Positions 40,762-51,100 of a stretch of 64,000 nt of DNA are shown here, piece by piece. Source of the stretch: Methanobacteriota archaeon (GTDB lineage Archaea > Halobacteriota > Bog-38 > Methanoflorentales > Methanoflorentaceae); contig CAVRAO010000011.1 of assembly GCA_963719035.1 (NCBI GenBank), forward strand, positions 1-64,000, given 5' to 3'. The notes below the pieces were generated by a model. The model ran no database searches. It was not told the origin of the DNA and saw nothing but the letters and a program-made list of their open reading frames with translations. Both the position numbers and the translations under genes were made by a program. The first letter of the stretch is position 1, and each line of letters opens with the position of its first letter.

Positions 40762-41601
40762 ATGAGCTGTTACGAGTATTGGGCTAAGATTTCCACGATA
40801 GCGGATGCGTTGGGCGTTCATGATATCAATGCCATCAAGAGAAAGGCCTTGGCCGAAATCGTGCCTCTCCTCGATGCGATAGAAATCATTGCACACGATA
40901 CAACCATTGAGTTTGAAGAGGCGCAGCACATTCTGGATAACGAACGAATGAACGAAGCTCTGAAGATTATTAGAGAGTTCTATGTCGCTATCGGGGAGCG
41001 TTTGGAGAAACAAATTGCTTACGAGATACTAGATGCAGAAGAACCGAGGATAGCGCTTGAGTCGTACCACTACTATGAACGGTATCCGATCTTGGTAGGG
41101 AACGAGGTACTGCTAGCAGCCTTCTCAGCAGGGGATCGGGTGGTGTTCATTGGTGGGGGGCCGCTGCCTTTAACACCGATTCTACTACACAAGTGCTATG
41201 GTATTGATGGGATAAGCGTTGAGATAGTGCCTGAGATAGCTGCGCTCTCTGAGCGGGTACTCGGTAAATTAGGTTACGGCTCTGAGATCAAGGTGGTTTG
41301 TGGGGACGAAACAGTATTGTCGGATTTGAAGTGTGATGCTGTTATTGTAGCGGCGCTAGCAGAGCCCAAAAAGAGAGTTTTCAGGAATATCAAACGTTTA
41401 GTTGCCGCAGAAACAAAAATTCTTTATCGGACGTATACCGGTATGCGGGCGATCCTATATGCGCCAGTGGTGAGCACAGACCTAACGGGGTTTCAAGAGG
41501 TAGCGAGGGTACTACCGACAGGTAAGGTAAACAACACTTCGGTTCTAATAAGAAAGAATCGAAAGTTTGCACCAAGCCAAGAAAAGCGTTTTAATCATTA
41601 A
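40762..41601 (+). CDS. Nicotianamine synthase-like protein (copy 2)
   Basis: Same motifs as copy 1: VFIGGGPLPLT, AALAEPKKRVF, YRTYTGMRAILY, VNNTSV. Confidence 0.87.
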   Translation: MSCYEYWAKISTIADALGVHDINAIKRKALAEIVPLLDAIEIIAHDTTIEFEEAQHILDNERMNEALKIIREFYVAIGERLEKQIAYEILDAEEPRIALESYHYYERYPILVGNEVLLAAFSAGDRVVFIGGGPLPLTPILLHKCYGIDGISVEIVPEIAALSERVLGKLGYGSEIKVVCGDETVLSDLKCDAVIVAALAEPKKRVFRNIKRLVAAETKILYRTYTGMRAILYAPVVSTDLTGFQEVARVLPTGKVNNTSVLIRKNRKFAPSQEKRFNH

Positions 41602-42224
41602 GCTCGCGATCGATCACCAGCGCCGAATGACAGTTGCCACTTATTAACGTCATCGCTCCCATAATGAGCCTTTAATGCTTCTTTTACCCCCCATCTAACA
41701 AGTTTCGCTACCCTGCTTCCAAACGGAGTGGCCAGTCCGCTGTATAAAATCGAGTCACCCTTGCTGCTATTTTCATACGCAACGATAACCGCATCGCTCG
41801 TCGTGCCTGTGAATTGCAATCCCTTGTCGCTCAGGGCGCGCGTCTTTGCTTCCGTGGCGGTAATTATCGTCCCTGCGATCGCCCCCTCGCTCAACGTTTC
41901 TGAGGATATGACAATTATGTTAATGGTGCCAAACGACGACGGATTCGTGAGTCCTGCAGTCACAAAAACCGTCACGCACGCACCGCTCAGAATCCGTACG
42001 TTCTGCATCTCAACTGCTGTGAGAAGCGCGAGATACCCCCCTTCGAGCGTCATTGATGCTGCAACGTCATCAATGTAGCTCTTCGGATCGTTGTGAGAAA
42101 AATCGGGGGAAACCTGGATGTTAAGGATATTTTTTACCGCTCTTCTGCCGCCGTCGACACCACTGCTCAGGGCTTCAAAGTTACCTTTCAGCACTAAGAC
42201 TCGGTCTAATATCTCATATTCCAC
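41598..42224 (-). CDS. cbiZ: Adenosylcobinamide amidohydrolase (copy 1)
   Basis: LSSGVDGG, LLTAV.M, VTAGLTN, GTINII, TATEAK, TGTTSDA. Confidence 0.85.
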   Translation of the reverse strand: MEYEILDRVLVLKGNFEALSSGVDGGRRAVKNILNIQVSPDFSHNDPKSYIDDVAASMTLEGGYLALLTAVEMQNVRILSGACVTVFVTAGLTNPSSFGTINIIVISSETLSEGAIAGTIITATEAKTRALSDKGLQFTGTTSDAVIVAYENSSKGDSILYSGLATPFGSRVAKLVRWGVKEALKAHYGSDDVNKWQLSFGAGDRSRA

Positions 42225-42260
42225 GCTTGTTCACCTTCAAGTAATACACTTTGAAATGCG

Positions 42261-42764
42261 CTATCCGACGTGTGACTCTATGTATTCTACGAGCGTCTCA
42301 AGCTCTGTGAAAACGAGGCATCTCTCTCGTAAGTCCCCATATAAACGTTGAGCAACGCCTGGCGTAAAATCGCGAGACTCTATAGGCGTCTCCTCCAATA
42401 TGACGAGTTTATCTCCTGCAAGAGCTGCTGCTTCGAGGTTCTTTAAGTTCGCCGGCCCAAAGCAGATATTCGGCAGTACGACGACGCGTGCCTCCCGAAT
42501 GAGTTGTCCGTTACGGCTGGTCCACCTCACTCGAAATGGGTGAAAACGGTGCTTCGACGGCGCACTCAATGCCGTAGTACTGCGCTACGTCGTAATCGGT
42601 GTCGAGTGTGTTGACCACGCCGGCAGAGACGCTAAACCCTGTTGGATAAGCGCATGGATGACAGGTGCCCCCTTGCCCCCGCCGGGAATGACGTGCACCT
42701 TTTCAGAGCTGCGCTCTCCAGGCGTGTGCTGCGGGAGAAGTGTTATCGAAAAAGCGTTCGTAAT
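42261..42764 (-). pseudogene. Duplicated 3' fragment of the corrinoid ABC ATPase gene
   Basis: Near-identical to 45327-45830 but 5'-truncated and with small indels. Confidence 0.8.
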
Positions 42765-42917
42765 AATGTCTTTTTTTGCTGATTTAATGCACGTGAAGTC
42801 CTGCCTAGAACGGGAATTGAGGGCTGTTTAGATTTCATCACCCAACGACGGTGGTTTGCAGGACGTGTATGCCTCGATGCCGTTTTTAAATGTCGTTGCT
42901 TGGTCGATCACATGTCC

Positions 42918-43162
42918 TCATCGATATTTCGACAAATAAACAAAAGCAGCGATGGCGATAAAAACCAGTGCTAAGACGATTGCGACGTATAAGGGGACGT
43001 TTCCGCCTTCGATAACGCCCTCATGCTCCGCCTCTCAGAGACGTTGGTTAAGCCTTGTTCGATGTCATGCATGTCGACGCGCGAGGCTGTCCAGAAAGAG
43101 AGCGCTATCGCGCCTATGAAGATAGCCGCCAATACGAGATATTGCCACTTCACGTCACTCAC
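42918..43162 (-). pseudogene. Small two-TM CbiN-like ECF partner, one frameshift near 43035
   Basis: TM1 YLVLAAIFIGAIALSFW; after the shift EAEHEG...LYVAIVLALVFIAIAAFVYLSKYR*. Overlaps the cbiM-like stop codon. Confidence 0.55.
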
Positions 43163-43807
43163 CGACAACGTCTCGTGGAGTGAGCAAATCACGGCGCACC
43201 TTCCCCAAATATTCCACGACAAATCCCGTCACAATAGCCTCGCCTACGGCCACAAGCAGGTTCAAGAGGGGGACTTGGAGTGTGTACACGAGCAACGCAC
43301 TTCCCGAAAGGGCGCTCCCCTGTATCCCCGAAATCACGATGATGATTACTGACAAGGCGTTTCCGACAAGCAACCCGCCAAACGCCGCGACCGCTCCGCG
43401 GGTGAAGAGCTCAAAACGGCGGGTCGCATAATAGAAGAGGTAATACGCGCTCGCGACCTCGCTGATATTCACAAGGGTGTTTGCCCCGATCAGCCCCCAC
43501 CCGCCGTGGCTGATCGCGGCGCTGAGAATATTGACAATCAACACGATCAGCGACCCGATGGCAGGGCCGGCGAGAATGCCGATGAGTGGGGTGAGGTTCA
43601 TATGCACCCCGCCAGCGAACGGGATATTCACCTGAAATATTGCAAACGATGCGGCGGCGAGCAATGCGCAGTGGTGATCCGTTGGCTGGCGATAGTCTGG
43701 CGACGTGCGACGAGGAGCGCTACAGCAAGCACGATCAAGGCGATCGCCCACCAGAAGATCACCCACTGGATCGAAAATACTCCATCCGGCAGATGAATGT
43801 GTGCCAT
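43155..43807 (-). pseudogene. Second CbiM-family ECF S component, one frameshift near 43670
   Basis: MAHIHLPDG start, then AASFAIFQVNIP..GGVHMNL...HGGWGLIGAN in another frame. Confidence 0.8.
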
Positions 43808-43898
43808 TAGCGATAGCCTCACGCGGTATCCCCTGTGAAGAGGATATTTTTTAGGTATATGCTATTCCTACCCTATTTATAAATAAATCTATTGATTC

Positions 43899-44354
43899 TT
43901 AGAGTAGGATCTTATCCTTATGCGTATAAACCAGCGTGTACAATAGCGGCTTATTAGTCAGGTTGCTGATATGATCGACCCGATCGACATGTTGTATCGC
44001 TTTAAGAATGGCGTCAAGCCGAGCGGCATACGTTTGCAGCATTTCGTCGATTTCCTGTTGCTTTTTCCAGTCAGCGATGCCCTTCTTCACTTCAACAAGA
44101 CGTTCCCTTGACATGTACCGCCACTTTCCATGCTGCCGCGAAGGCTCAAAATAGTAGTAGGGGCCGTGCAATGCGCCGGTCCTGCAGCGGCAACTCCGCT
44201 TACCACATCGCATATGCCGCTTTCGCAGTGAGCCGGGAAGCGGGTTCAGTTTGGCACGCTCATCAGTCAACGCCGAAATATGCTCAATGAGTTCGCTACT
44301 TTCGTGCAGCAAGTGCTTCACATGGACGATCTCTGATTCAGCACGATTATCCAC
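43899..44354 (-). CDS. DUF6788-like protein (CGK..C.C...HGPY motif)
   Basis: GSLRKRHMRCGKRSCRCRTGALHGPYYYF; GTG 44354 follows AAGGAG. Confidence 0.7.
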   Translation of the reverse strand: MDNRAESEIVHVKHLLHESSELIEHISALTDERAKLNPLPGSLRKRHMRCGKRSCRCRTGALHGPYYYFEPSRQHGKWRYMSRERLVEVKKGIADWKKQQEIDEMLQTYAARLDAILKAIQHVDRVDHISNLTNKPLLYTLVYTHKDKILL

Positions 44355-44684
44355 GTCCTGTTCTCCTTCGTTTGAGCCAATGCGGTAACCGACCACGATA
44401 CGCTGCACTATCAGTGCTAACTCTATTTCAATCGATTGCTCAAATTGGCAGTCTTCATTTGTGGTCCAGTATACTGTGTTTTTTATATCTTATTTTAGCG
44501 ATTGGCTCTCTGAGGCAGCACGTTCAACGAATCATTTTGTCTCATCCTTTATACCGTGAAACCGAAATCACCTGTATAGGTCATAAGCCAGGCGCTTGTG
44601 TGCAGCTCGTGGGCCGCGGCCCCCTTCCAGCGAATGCTGTACCGGGAGGCTCTCTTTTCAAGCCCTCCGATAGTGAACTGATTC

Positions 44685-45290
44685 TCAACGACGTTGTGCG
44701 GCCGAGGTCTCTTCGCCGTTGCTCCCATAATGAGCTTTCAGCGCGTCTTTTACTCCTAGTCTGACGAGTTTTGTGACTCTTTTGCCAAATGGGGTAGCAG
44801 GCCCGCTGTACAGAATATGCCCATCATCACCGCAGTCTTCATATGCGATCACCACTGCGTCAGTTGTTGTCCCGGTGAAATTGAATCCGTAATCGAGAAG
44901 GGCGCGCGCTTTCGCTTCGGTGGCCGTAATTATCGCCCCTGCGATCGCCCCCTCGCTGAACGTTTCTGAGGATATGACAATTATGTTGATGGTGCCAAAC
45001 GACGACGGATTCGTGAGTCCTGCAGTCACAAAAACCGTCACGCACGCATCGCTGAGAATCCGTACGTTCTGCATCTCAACTGCTGTGAGAAGCGCGAGAT
45101 AGCCCCCTTCGAGCGTCATTGATGCTGCAACGTCATCAATGTAGCTCTTCGGATCGTTGTGAGAAAAATCGGGGGAAACCTGGATGTTAAGGATATTTTT
45201 TACCGCTCTTCTGCCGCCGTCGACACCACTGCTCAGAGCTTCAAAGTTACCTTTCAGCACTAAGACTCGGTCTAATATCTCATATTCCAC
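44685..45290 (-). CDS. cbiZ: Adenosylcobinamide amidohydrolase (copy 2)
   Basis: Same motifs as copy 1; last gene of the btuFCD operon. Confidence 0.87.
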   Translation of the reverse strand: MEYEILDRVLVLKGNFEALSSGVDGGRRAVKNILNIQVSPDFSHNDPKSYIDDVAASMTLEGGYLALLTAVEMQNVRILSDACVTVFVTAGLTNPSSFGTINIIVISSETFSEGAIAGAIITATEAKARALLDYGFNFTGTTTDAVVIAYEDCGDDGHILYSGPATPFGKRVTKLVRLGVKDALKAHYGSNGEETSAAQRR

Positions 45291-45326
45291 GCTTGTTCAC
45301 CTTCAAGTAATACACTTTGAAATGCG

Positions 45327-46614
45327 CTATCCGACGTGTGACTCTATGTATTCTGCGAGCGTCTCAAGCTCTGTGAAAACGAGGCATCTCTCTCGTAAGT
45401 CCCCATATAAACGTTGAGCAACGCCTGGCGTAAAATCGCGAGACTCTATAGGCGTCTCCTCCAATATGACGAGTTTATCTCCTGCAAGAGCTGCTGCTTC
45501 GAGGTTCTTTAAGTTCGCCGGCCCAAAGCAGATATTCGGCAGTACGACGACGCGTGCCTCCCGAATGAGTTGTCCGTTACGGTGGTCCACCTCACTCGAA
45601 ATTGGTGAAAACGGTGCTTCGACGGCGCACTCAATGCCGTAGTACTCCGCTACGTCGTAATCGGTGTCGAGTGCGTTGACCACCCCGGCAGAGACGCTTA
45701 AGCCCTTTTGGATCAGCGCGTGGATGACGGGCGCCCCCTTGCCCCCGCCGGGAATGACATGCACCGTTTCAGAGCTGCGCTCTCCAGGCGTGTGCTGTGG
45801 GAGAAGTGTTATCGAAAAAGCGTTCGTAATCGGGTGTTTTCTGACGAGCGCTGAGACGCCAAACGCTTCCGCGATGTGCTCTTGGGTCAGTACCTCCTCG
45901 ACGGTGCCGTCAGCGATGATCTCTCCACGTTTTAACAGCAGCAGTCGATCACAGGTACTGAGCGGCGAGATTGAGATCATGAATAGCAGCGATAACCGCA
46001 ATGCCAGAAGCTGCAAGGCGCCTTACAAGGTCAAAGATCTCAATTTTGATCCCAATGTCGAGCTGTGAAGTTGCCTCGTCAAGAAGGAGTATCTTCGGCT
46101 CTTGGGCCAAAGCACGGGCAATAATGACGCGCTGTCGCTCGCCGCCTGAGAGCTCGGCAATCTTGCGATCAGCAAACTGAGCGACATCAGTCATCTCTAA
46201 GGCCTTTCGCGTCACGTCAAAATCGTACGTCGATTCGGTTCCGAGGAATTTGATGTGGGGGTTCCTGCCCATAAGCACGACCTCCTCGACGGTAAAATCA
46301 AAAAAAAACATGTCGGTACTCTGGGGCACGACTGCCATCTGTTGTGCGAGTCGTTTAGGCTTTATCTGGTAAACATCAACATCATCGAGCGTTATGATGC
46401 CGACTTGTGGCCTTAGCACCCCGCTGATTGCTTTAATGAGCGTTGTCTTTCCTGACCCGTTAGGACCGACAAGACCGATCACCTCGCCGGGCCTGACCGT
46501 CAGTTGTGCGTTATTGAGCGCTTGCGTCTCAATGTAGTAGCAGTCGACGCCATCAACCCGCACACGTCCTGGTCCTCCTGTTTCAGAGCCACCTTCTTTA
46601 TCGAGTATATGCAT
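45327..46614 (-). CDS. btuD: Corrinoid ABC transporter ATPase with C-terminal extension; frameshift near 45954
   Basis: GPNGSGKTT, LSGGERQR, LLLDEAT, HDLNLAAQY/CDRLLLL junction, VHVIPGGGKG extension. Confidence 0.8.
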
Positions 46615-46650
46615 TAACCGTTTCCTCGTCCGTTGTATGTGCGGCAGCAT

Positions 46651-47655
46651 CTAAAAGATGTTTTTCCTCCTGCTCCAGACCAGATACATAAAAAACGGGG
46701 CGCCAAGCAACGCAGTGATAATCCCAACGGGCATCTCAGAACCAGGTATGACGGACCGTGCGACAATGTCGGCCCAGATGAGCAAAATACCGCCGAAGAG
46801 CGCGGAAGCAGGAATGAGCGCCCTATGATCCGGACCCGTAAACGTCCGAACCACGTGGGGCACGATGAGCCCGACAAACCCGATGATGCCGCAGAAAGCG
46901 ACGGCAACCCCCACCACGAACGACACGGTTACCAAGAGGATTTTCTTGAGGCTCTCGACGGCCACACCTAGGTGCTGCGCTGATTCTTCCCCTGAAAGCA
47001 TCAGGTTCAAGTCACGCGCATATGCGTAGATGACGATCGTCCCGATGAGAATTATGGGGAACGTTATCTCCACGTACTCCCATCTGCTCGCCCACAGCCC
47101 CCCCATGAGCCAAAAAACGAGTTGGTGCAGATTCTCCCCCGCGACGAACATGAGGTACGAGATCAACGCTGAAAAGAGGGTTGAGAGCGCGATGCCCGAA
47201 AGCAGCAGCAGCGAGACTGAGCTTCTCGGGCCGATCATGGACAGCGCGTATACCGTAAAGGTGGCGATTACGGCGCCGGCGAATGCCGCGGGCGGGACGA
47301 AGACCGCACTAACCACCCCAAGTGAGATGACGAGGGCGGCACCAAACCCCGCACCGCTTGACGCCCCAAGCACGTAAGGGTCCGCCAACGGGTTCTTAAA
47401 AAGGGCCTGCATTGCGACGCCTGCGACGGCAAGACCCGCCCCCACGAGGAGCGCCATGAATGTTCGGGGGAGGCGTATCTGATATACGATGATTGCCTCA
47501 GCCTCAGACCACGTGCGATTTGTAGGCACGACCAAGTTTGTGAGAATTGCTGCTATCTTTTGTGGAGGGATCCAGACCGGACCGACAGCCACACCTATTA
47601 CAACAGACGCGAATAATACTCCTGCAAGCACTAAGAGCGTCGCGTTTCGTTTCAA
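46651..47655 (-). CDS. btuC: Corrinoid/iron-siderophore ABC permease
   Basis: IRLPR, QALFKNPLADPYVLG, GIIGFVGLIVPH, PVGIITALLGAPFF. Confidence 0.9.
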   Translation of the reverse strand: MKRNATLLVLAGVLFASVVIGVAVGPVWIPPQKIAAILTNLVVPTNRTWSEAEAIIVYQIRLPRTFMALLVGAGLAVAGVAMQALFKNPLADPYVLGASSGAGFGAALVISLGVVSAVFVPPAAFAGAVIATFTVYALSMIGPRSSVSLLLLSGIALSTLFSALISYLMFVAGENLHQLVFWLMGGLWASRWEYVEITFPIILIGTIVIYAYARDLNLMLSGEESAQHLGVAVESLKKILLVTVSFVVGVAVAFCGIIGFVGLIVPHVVRTFTGPDHRALIPASALFGGILLIWADIVARSVIPGSEMPVGIITALLGAPFFMYLVWSRRKNIF

Positions 47656-47702
47656 GCGAATACAGTCCGTTTTTTAACGCCGGACTTCGTGCACTTGCAT
47701 TA

Positions 47703-48623
47703 CTACGATGCTTGGTTTATAATTTTGATTATCTGATCCATAGCATCGAAGGCGCGCGGCCCGGGCCGGGATATTACGTCGGTGTTCAAGACGAAAACTT
47801 TGCCGTTCTTGATGGCATCGACCGTAGTAAGGGCGGGGTCTGACTTGATCTGTTCAATTACCGTAGAATTCATCGCACTGTTCGCGATAATTATCGAAGG
47901 GTTGAGAGCAACTACCGACTCCTTGCTCATAGTACCATACCCGCTTACGTTGGCCAACTTCGCGACATTAATGCCCCCGGCCCGAGCGATGATGTCCCCT
48001 TCAAAGGTGTCCGCTCCTGCCGACATTATCGGGTCGTTCCACACAAGATAAAGCACGCGTGTTTGTGTCGCGTTGCTTGTCGCGTTGCTTTTGTTCAGCC
48101 TCTCCGTCAAGTTCGCAACAAGTGCGCTGCTATTTACGGTCGTACCAGTTATTTTGCCGATCAATGAGAGGTTATCCAATATGCCGGTTAAGCTATGTGG
48201 GTTGAGGACGACCGTCGGTATCCCATAACCACTAAGCGTTGACAGCACGGTATCGTTGTTCAGAGAACTTGCGAAGACGATATCAGGCTTGAGGGAAACG
48301 ATTTTCTCAATGTTAGGCGTGCTGAATCCGCCTACTTTTGTGATATTGACAGCCGCTGGTGGATAGTTGTCATACGTGGTGCCGCCAACAACCTTGTCGC
48401 CCAGTCCGAGGGCGAACAAGTCTTCTGTAATAGAAGGAGCGAGTGACACAATGCGATTAGGTGTTTGAGCGATGGTGACGGTTCTTCCGGCATCATCGGT
48501 AACCGTGATGCCGCCCGATTGAGTTGTCTGGTTTGAAGACAGCTGTGTGCATCCCGCCCCCAACGTAGCGAGGAGTACAGCGCAGATCACGACGCACGTT
48601 ACTTTTTTTTGTGTTATGTTCAT
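47703..48623 (-). CDS. btuF: Corrinoid ABC substrate-binding lipoprotein
   Basis: Lipobox GAGC, VTDDAGRTV, RIVSLAPSITE, ISRPGPR; operon with cbiZ. Confidence 0.85.
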   Translation of the reverse strand: MNITQKKVTCVVICAVLLATLGAGCTQLSSNQTTQSGGITVTDDAGRTVTIAQTPNRIVSLAPSITEDLFALGLGDKVVGGTTYDNYPPAAVNITKVGGFSTPNIEKIVSLKPDIVFASSLNNDTVLSTLSGYGIPTVVLNPHSLTGILDNLSLIGKITGTTVNSSALVANLTERLNKSNATSNATQTRVLYLVWNDPIMSAGADTFEGDIIARAGGINVAKLANVSGYGTMSKESVVALNPSIIIANSAMNSTVIEQIKSDPALTTVDAIKNGKVFVLNTDVISRPGPRAFDAMDQIIKIINQAS

Positions 48624-49245
48624 GTTAATGTACCAAATAACACCCCAAACGATGGGGCCAATCTTACGGTTTGCCCGTAATTGCTACGGTTTCAAATAAC
48701 GGCCAGAGCCGATTATTGCAGGGGGTAAACTCGGCCGGTGCGACAGGAGATGGCGGCGCTACATCAGTGCGAGCAATTGGAGGAGATTATGGATCCGCTC
48801 GTAGCTTGATAATGTCAAAGACATCAACCCACAAAAAGGATTGCAGCCGCCGCCATTCCCATGTGGAAGCCAGTCATATCCAACGCTTAAGTGCACCTTA
48901 TCCTATATCAATTTATCTTGAGAATCATCAATTTTACTTGATAAATTGGAAAGCAAGCGGCTCAAGCTTTGAGGCGACCCGCGTGAAGAGTTGTCAAGGC
49001 GTGTTGTCTCGTTTAAGGCGTTTCATGGTCCAAAGAGCCTAACTCTGAAATGATGGAACATTAGCGAGTAATACTTTCATCCTTCTTTTGGACAATACAT
49101 ACAGCTTTAAAGAAAGAGACAAGGCACCCCCGCTTTGTCGTACAGTTGAGTGGATTTCGTTCGAAGCTACGTGCTTTAACAAGGCAGTACGCGCTTTGAG
49201 AGGCCGGGGCGTTGTTACACACGTATTAAACGAGCAGGCGAATGG

Positions 49246-51000
49246 ATGACCCATCGAAGCGTTTCTCCGCCGTACGAGTATATTACCACTGAAGGGCGCC
49301 TTGCTGCCATCCTTGAGCGTATCGCGCCTTCGTCGGTTATGGCAATAGCGCTTGGAACCACGGGTCCTGACACCTTCGTTGACCGCATACGGGTCCTCCA
49401 ATTGGCAGTACCAGATCACCCCCCGGCAGTTATTGATTGTGCCCAGGTGCCCGAAGAGGGGCTGGCGAAGTTGCAGGAGCTCTTTGAGCTACCGGTCGTC
49501 AAGGTAGTGCATAACGGAAAGCTCGCCCTCAAGTTCCTCTGTCAGGCCGGATTTGGCCTATCCAGCCCATATTTCGATACGATGCTTGCCTCGCAACTGC
49601 TTAATGGTGGGTTGATGGATGCACGACACGATCTGAAAACCGTGGCAAAAGCGTATCTTGACGAGTACTTGCCGGAAACGTGCGGCATTATGCGAGCGGG
49701 CCCCCTTACCGATCAGCAGCTTCGATGTGCCGGACAAACGGTCAGCGTGGTCTTGAGCCTCCATGCGGCGTTATCCGAGCGCATCGCGAGCGCCGGCCTC
49801 ACCGACTGCATGCGTTTAGAGTGCAACTGCCTTCCCGCGGTTGCGGCAATTGAGCGCAACGGCATGCTCATGGACATGGGGCAATGGCGGACGTTGCAGG
49901 ATACGTATAACGAGTTAGAGGAGAGTCTCGCGCATGAGGTGCGCCGCGAGCTGACGACGTCGGGGCAGCGTACCCTCGGTGACGTTGCTGCCATCAATCT
50001 CGGTAGCCCCCACCAGGTGAAGCGTGCCCTCAGAAGCGCAGGTGTTCCTGTCCGCAACGTGCGCGAGGACGAGTTGCTTAAGTATGAGAAGTTGCATCCC
50101 GCGATCCCTCTTTATATTCGCTACAAGCACGTCTTGAAGCTCAAAAACGGCTTTTTGGATGCCCTCCCTCGGCACGTCCACCCGTTGACGGGAAGGGTAC
50201 ACCCCACCTTTCTTCAGGTCGGCACGGTAAACGGGAGATTCGCATGCCGCGATCCCAACCTGCAGCAAATTCCGAGAGACGGGACGGTGAGGGGGTGTTT
50301 CGTTGCGGCACGCGATCATCGTCTTGTGATCGCCGACTACGCCCAATTTGAGCTGCGCGTCATTGCGGACATCAGCGGCGATGAGACCATGACACGGGCG
50401 TTCCAACGGGGGGAGGACTTGCATAGGCTGACCGCATCGCTCGTGCTCGATACGCCCCTTGACCAGGTGACGAAGGACGAGCGCCTTATCGCAAAGGTGC
50501 TGAACATCGGTCTTATCTACGGAATGGGCGCACGGAGCTTACGGCGATATGCGAATTACATCTACGGTGTACACTTCACCCTCGAAGATGCGTTTGAATT
50601 TCGTAGGCGTTTCTTTGAGGCGTACTCAGGCGTGCGGGCGTTCCACCGGAGTATGGGCACCACACCACTGGTCTCTATCCGGACCCTAAGTGGAAGAATA
50701 CGCAGGTGGGCAGACGGCCAAGATCCAAAGCTGACTGAACTGCTGAACACCCGGGTACAGGGGACTGCCGCGGATATTATGAAACGGGCGGTGCCCTCCC
50801 TCCACGAAGCGCTTAGTGCGAGGGCAAAAATCGTCTGCTGTGTGCACGACGAGTTGCTGGTCGAAGCGCCGCAGGCACGCGCTGCTGAGGTCGCTGAGAC
50901 CGTCGCCTACCACATGCGAGCGGCAGGAACTGAGTTTTTGCGAACTGTCCCTCTTGACGTCGACGTGGCGATTGCTCGGAGCTGGGCGGGGAAGGTGTGA
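49246..51000 (+). CDS. Family A DNA polymerase with degenerate 3'-5' exonuclease domain and no 5'-3' nuclease
   Basis: GRFACRDPNLQQIP, motif A ADYAQFELR, motif B RLIAKVLNIGLIYG, NTRVQGTAAD, motif C VHDEL. Confidence 0.92.
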   Translation: MTHRSVSPPYEYITTEGRLAAILERIAPSSVMAIALGTTGPDTFVDRIRVLQLAVPDHPPAVIDCAQVPEEGLAKLQELFELPVVKVVHNGKLALKFLCQAGFGLSSPYFDTMLASQLLNGGLMDARHDLKTVAKAYLDEYLPETCGIMRAGPLTDQQLRCAGQTVSVVLSLHAALSERIASAGLTDCMRLECNCLPAVAAIERNGMLMDMGQWRTLQDTYNELEESLAHEVRRELTTSGQRTLGDVAAINLGSPHQVKRALRSAGVPVRNVREDELLKYEKLHPAIPLYIRYKHVLKLKNGFLDALPRHVHPLTGRVHPTFLQVGTVNGRFACRDPNLQQIPRDGTVRGCFVAARDHRLVIADYAQFELRVIADISGDETMTRAFQRGEDLHRLTASLVLDTPLDQVTKDERLIAKVLNIGLIYGMGARSLRRYANYIYGVHFTLEDAFEFRRRFFEAYSGVRAFHRSMGTTPLVSIRTLSGRIRRWADGQDPKLTELLNTRVQGTAADIMKRAVPSLHEALSARAKIVCCVHDELLVEAPQARAAEVAETVAYHMRAAGTEFLRTVPLDVDVAIARSWAGKV

Positions 51001-51100
51001 CGTGTTTGTCGGAATCCTTCGCGCTTTTGTCAAGAGAGCCCTCCAGCGCGCGTGAGCAGCGTGAGCAATTACCGTCGGGAAACGGCGACCCTCGTCCAGA

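Larger units (their letters stand above)
41848..45830. repeat. ~0.9-kb direct repeat (about 41848-42764 and 44914-45830)
   Basis: Near-identical sequence at offset 3066 covering the btuD 3' end and the cbiZ 5' part. Confidence 0.92.
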
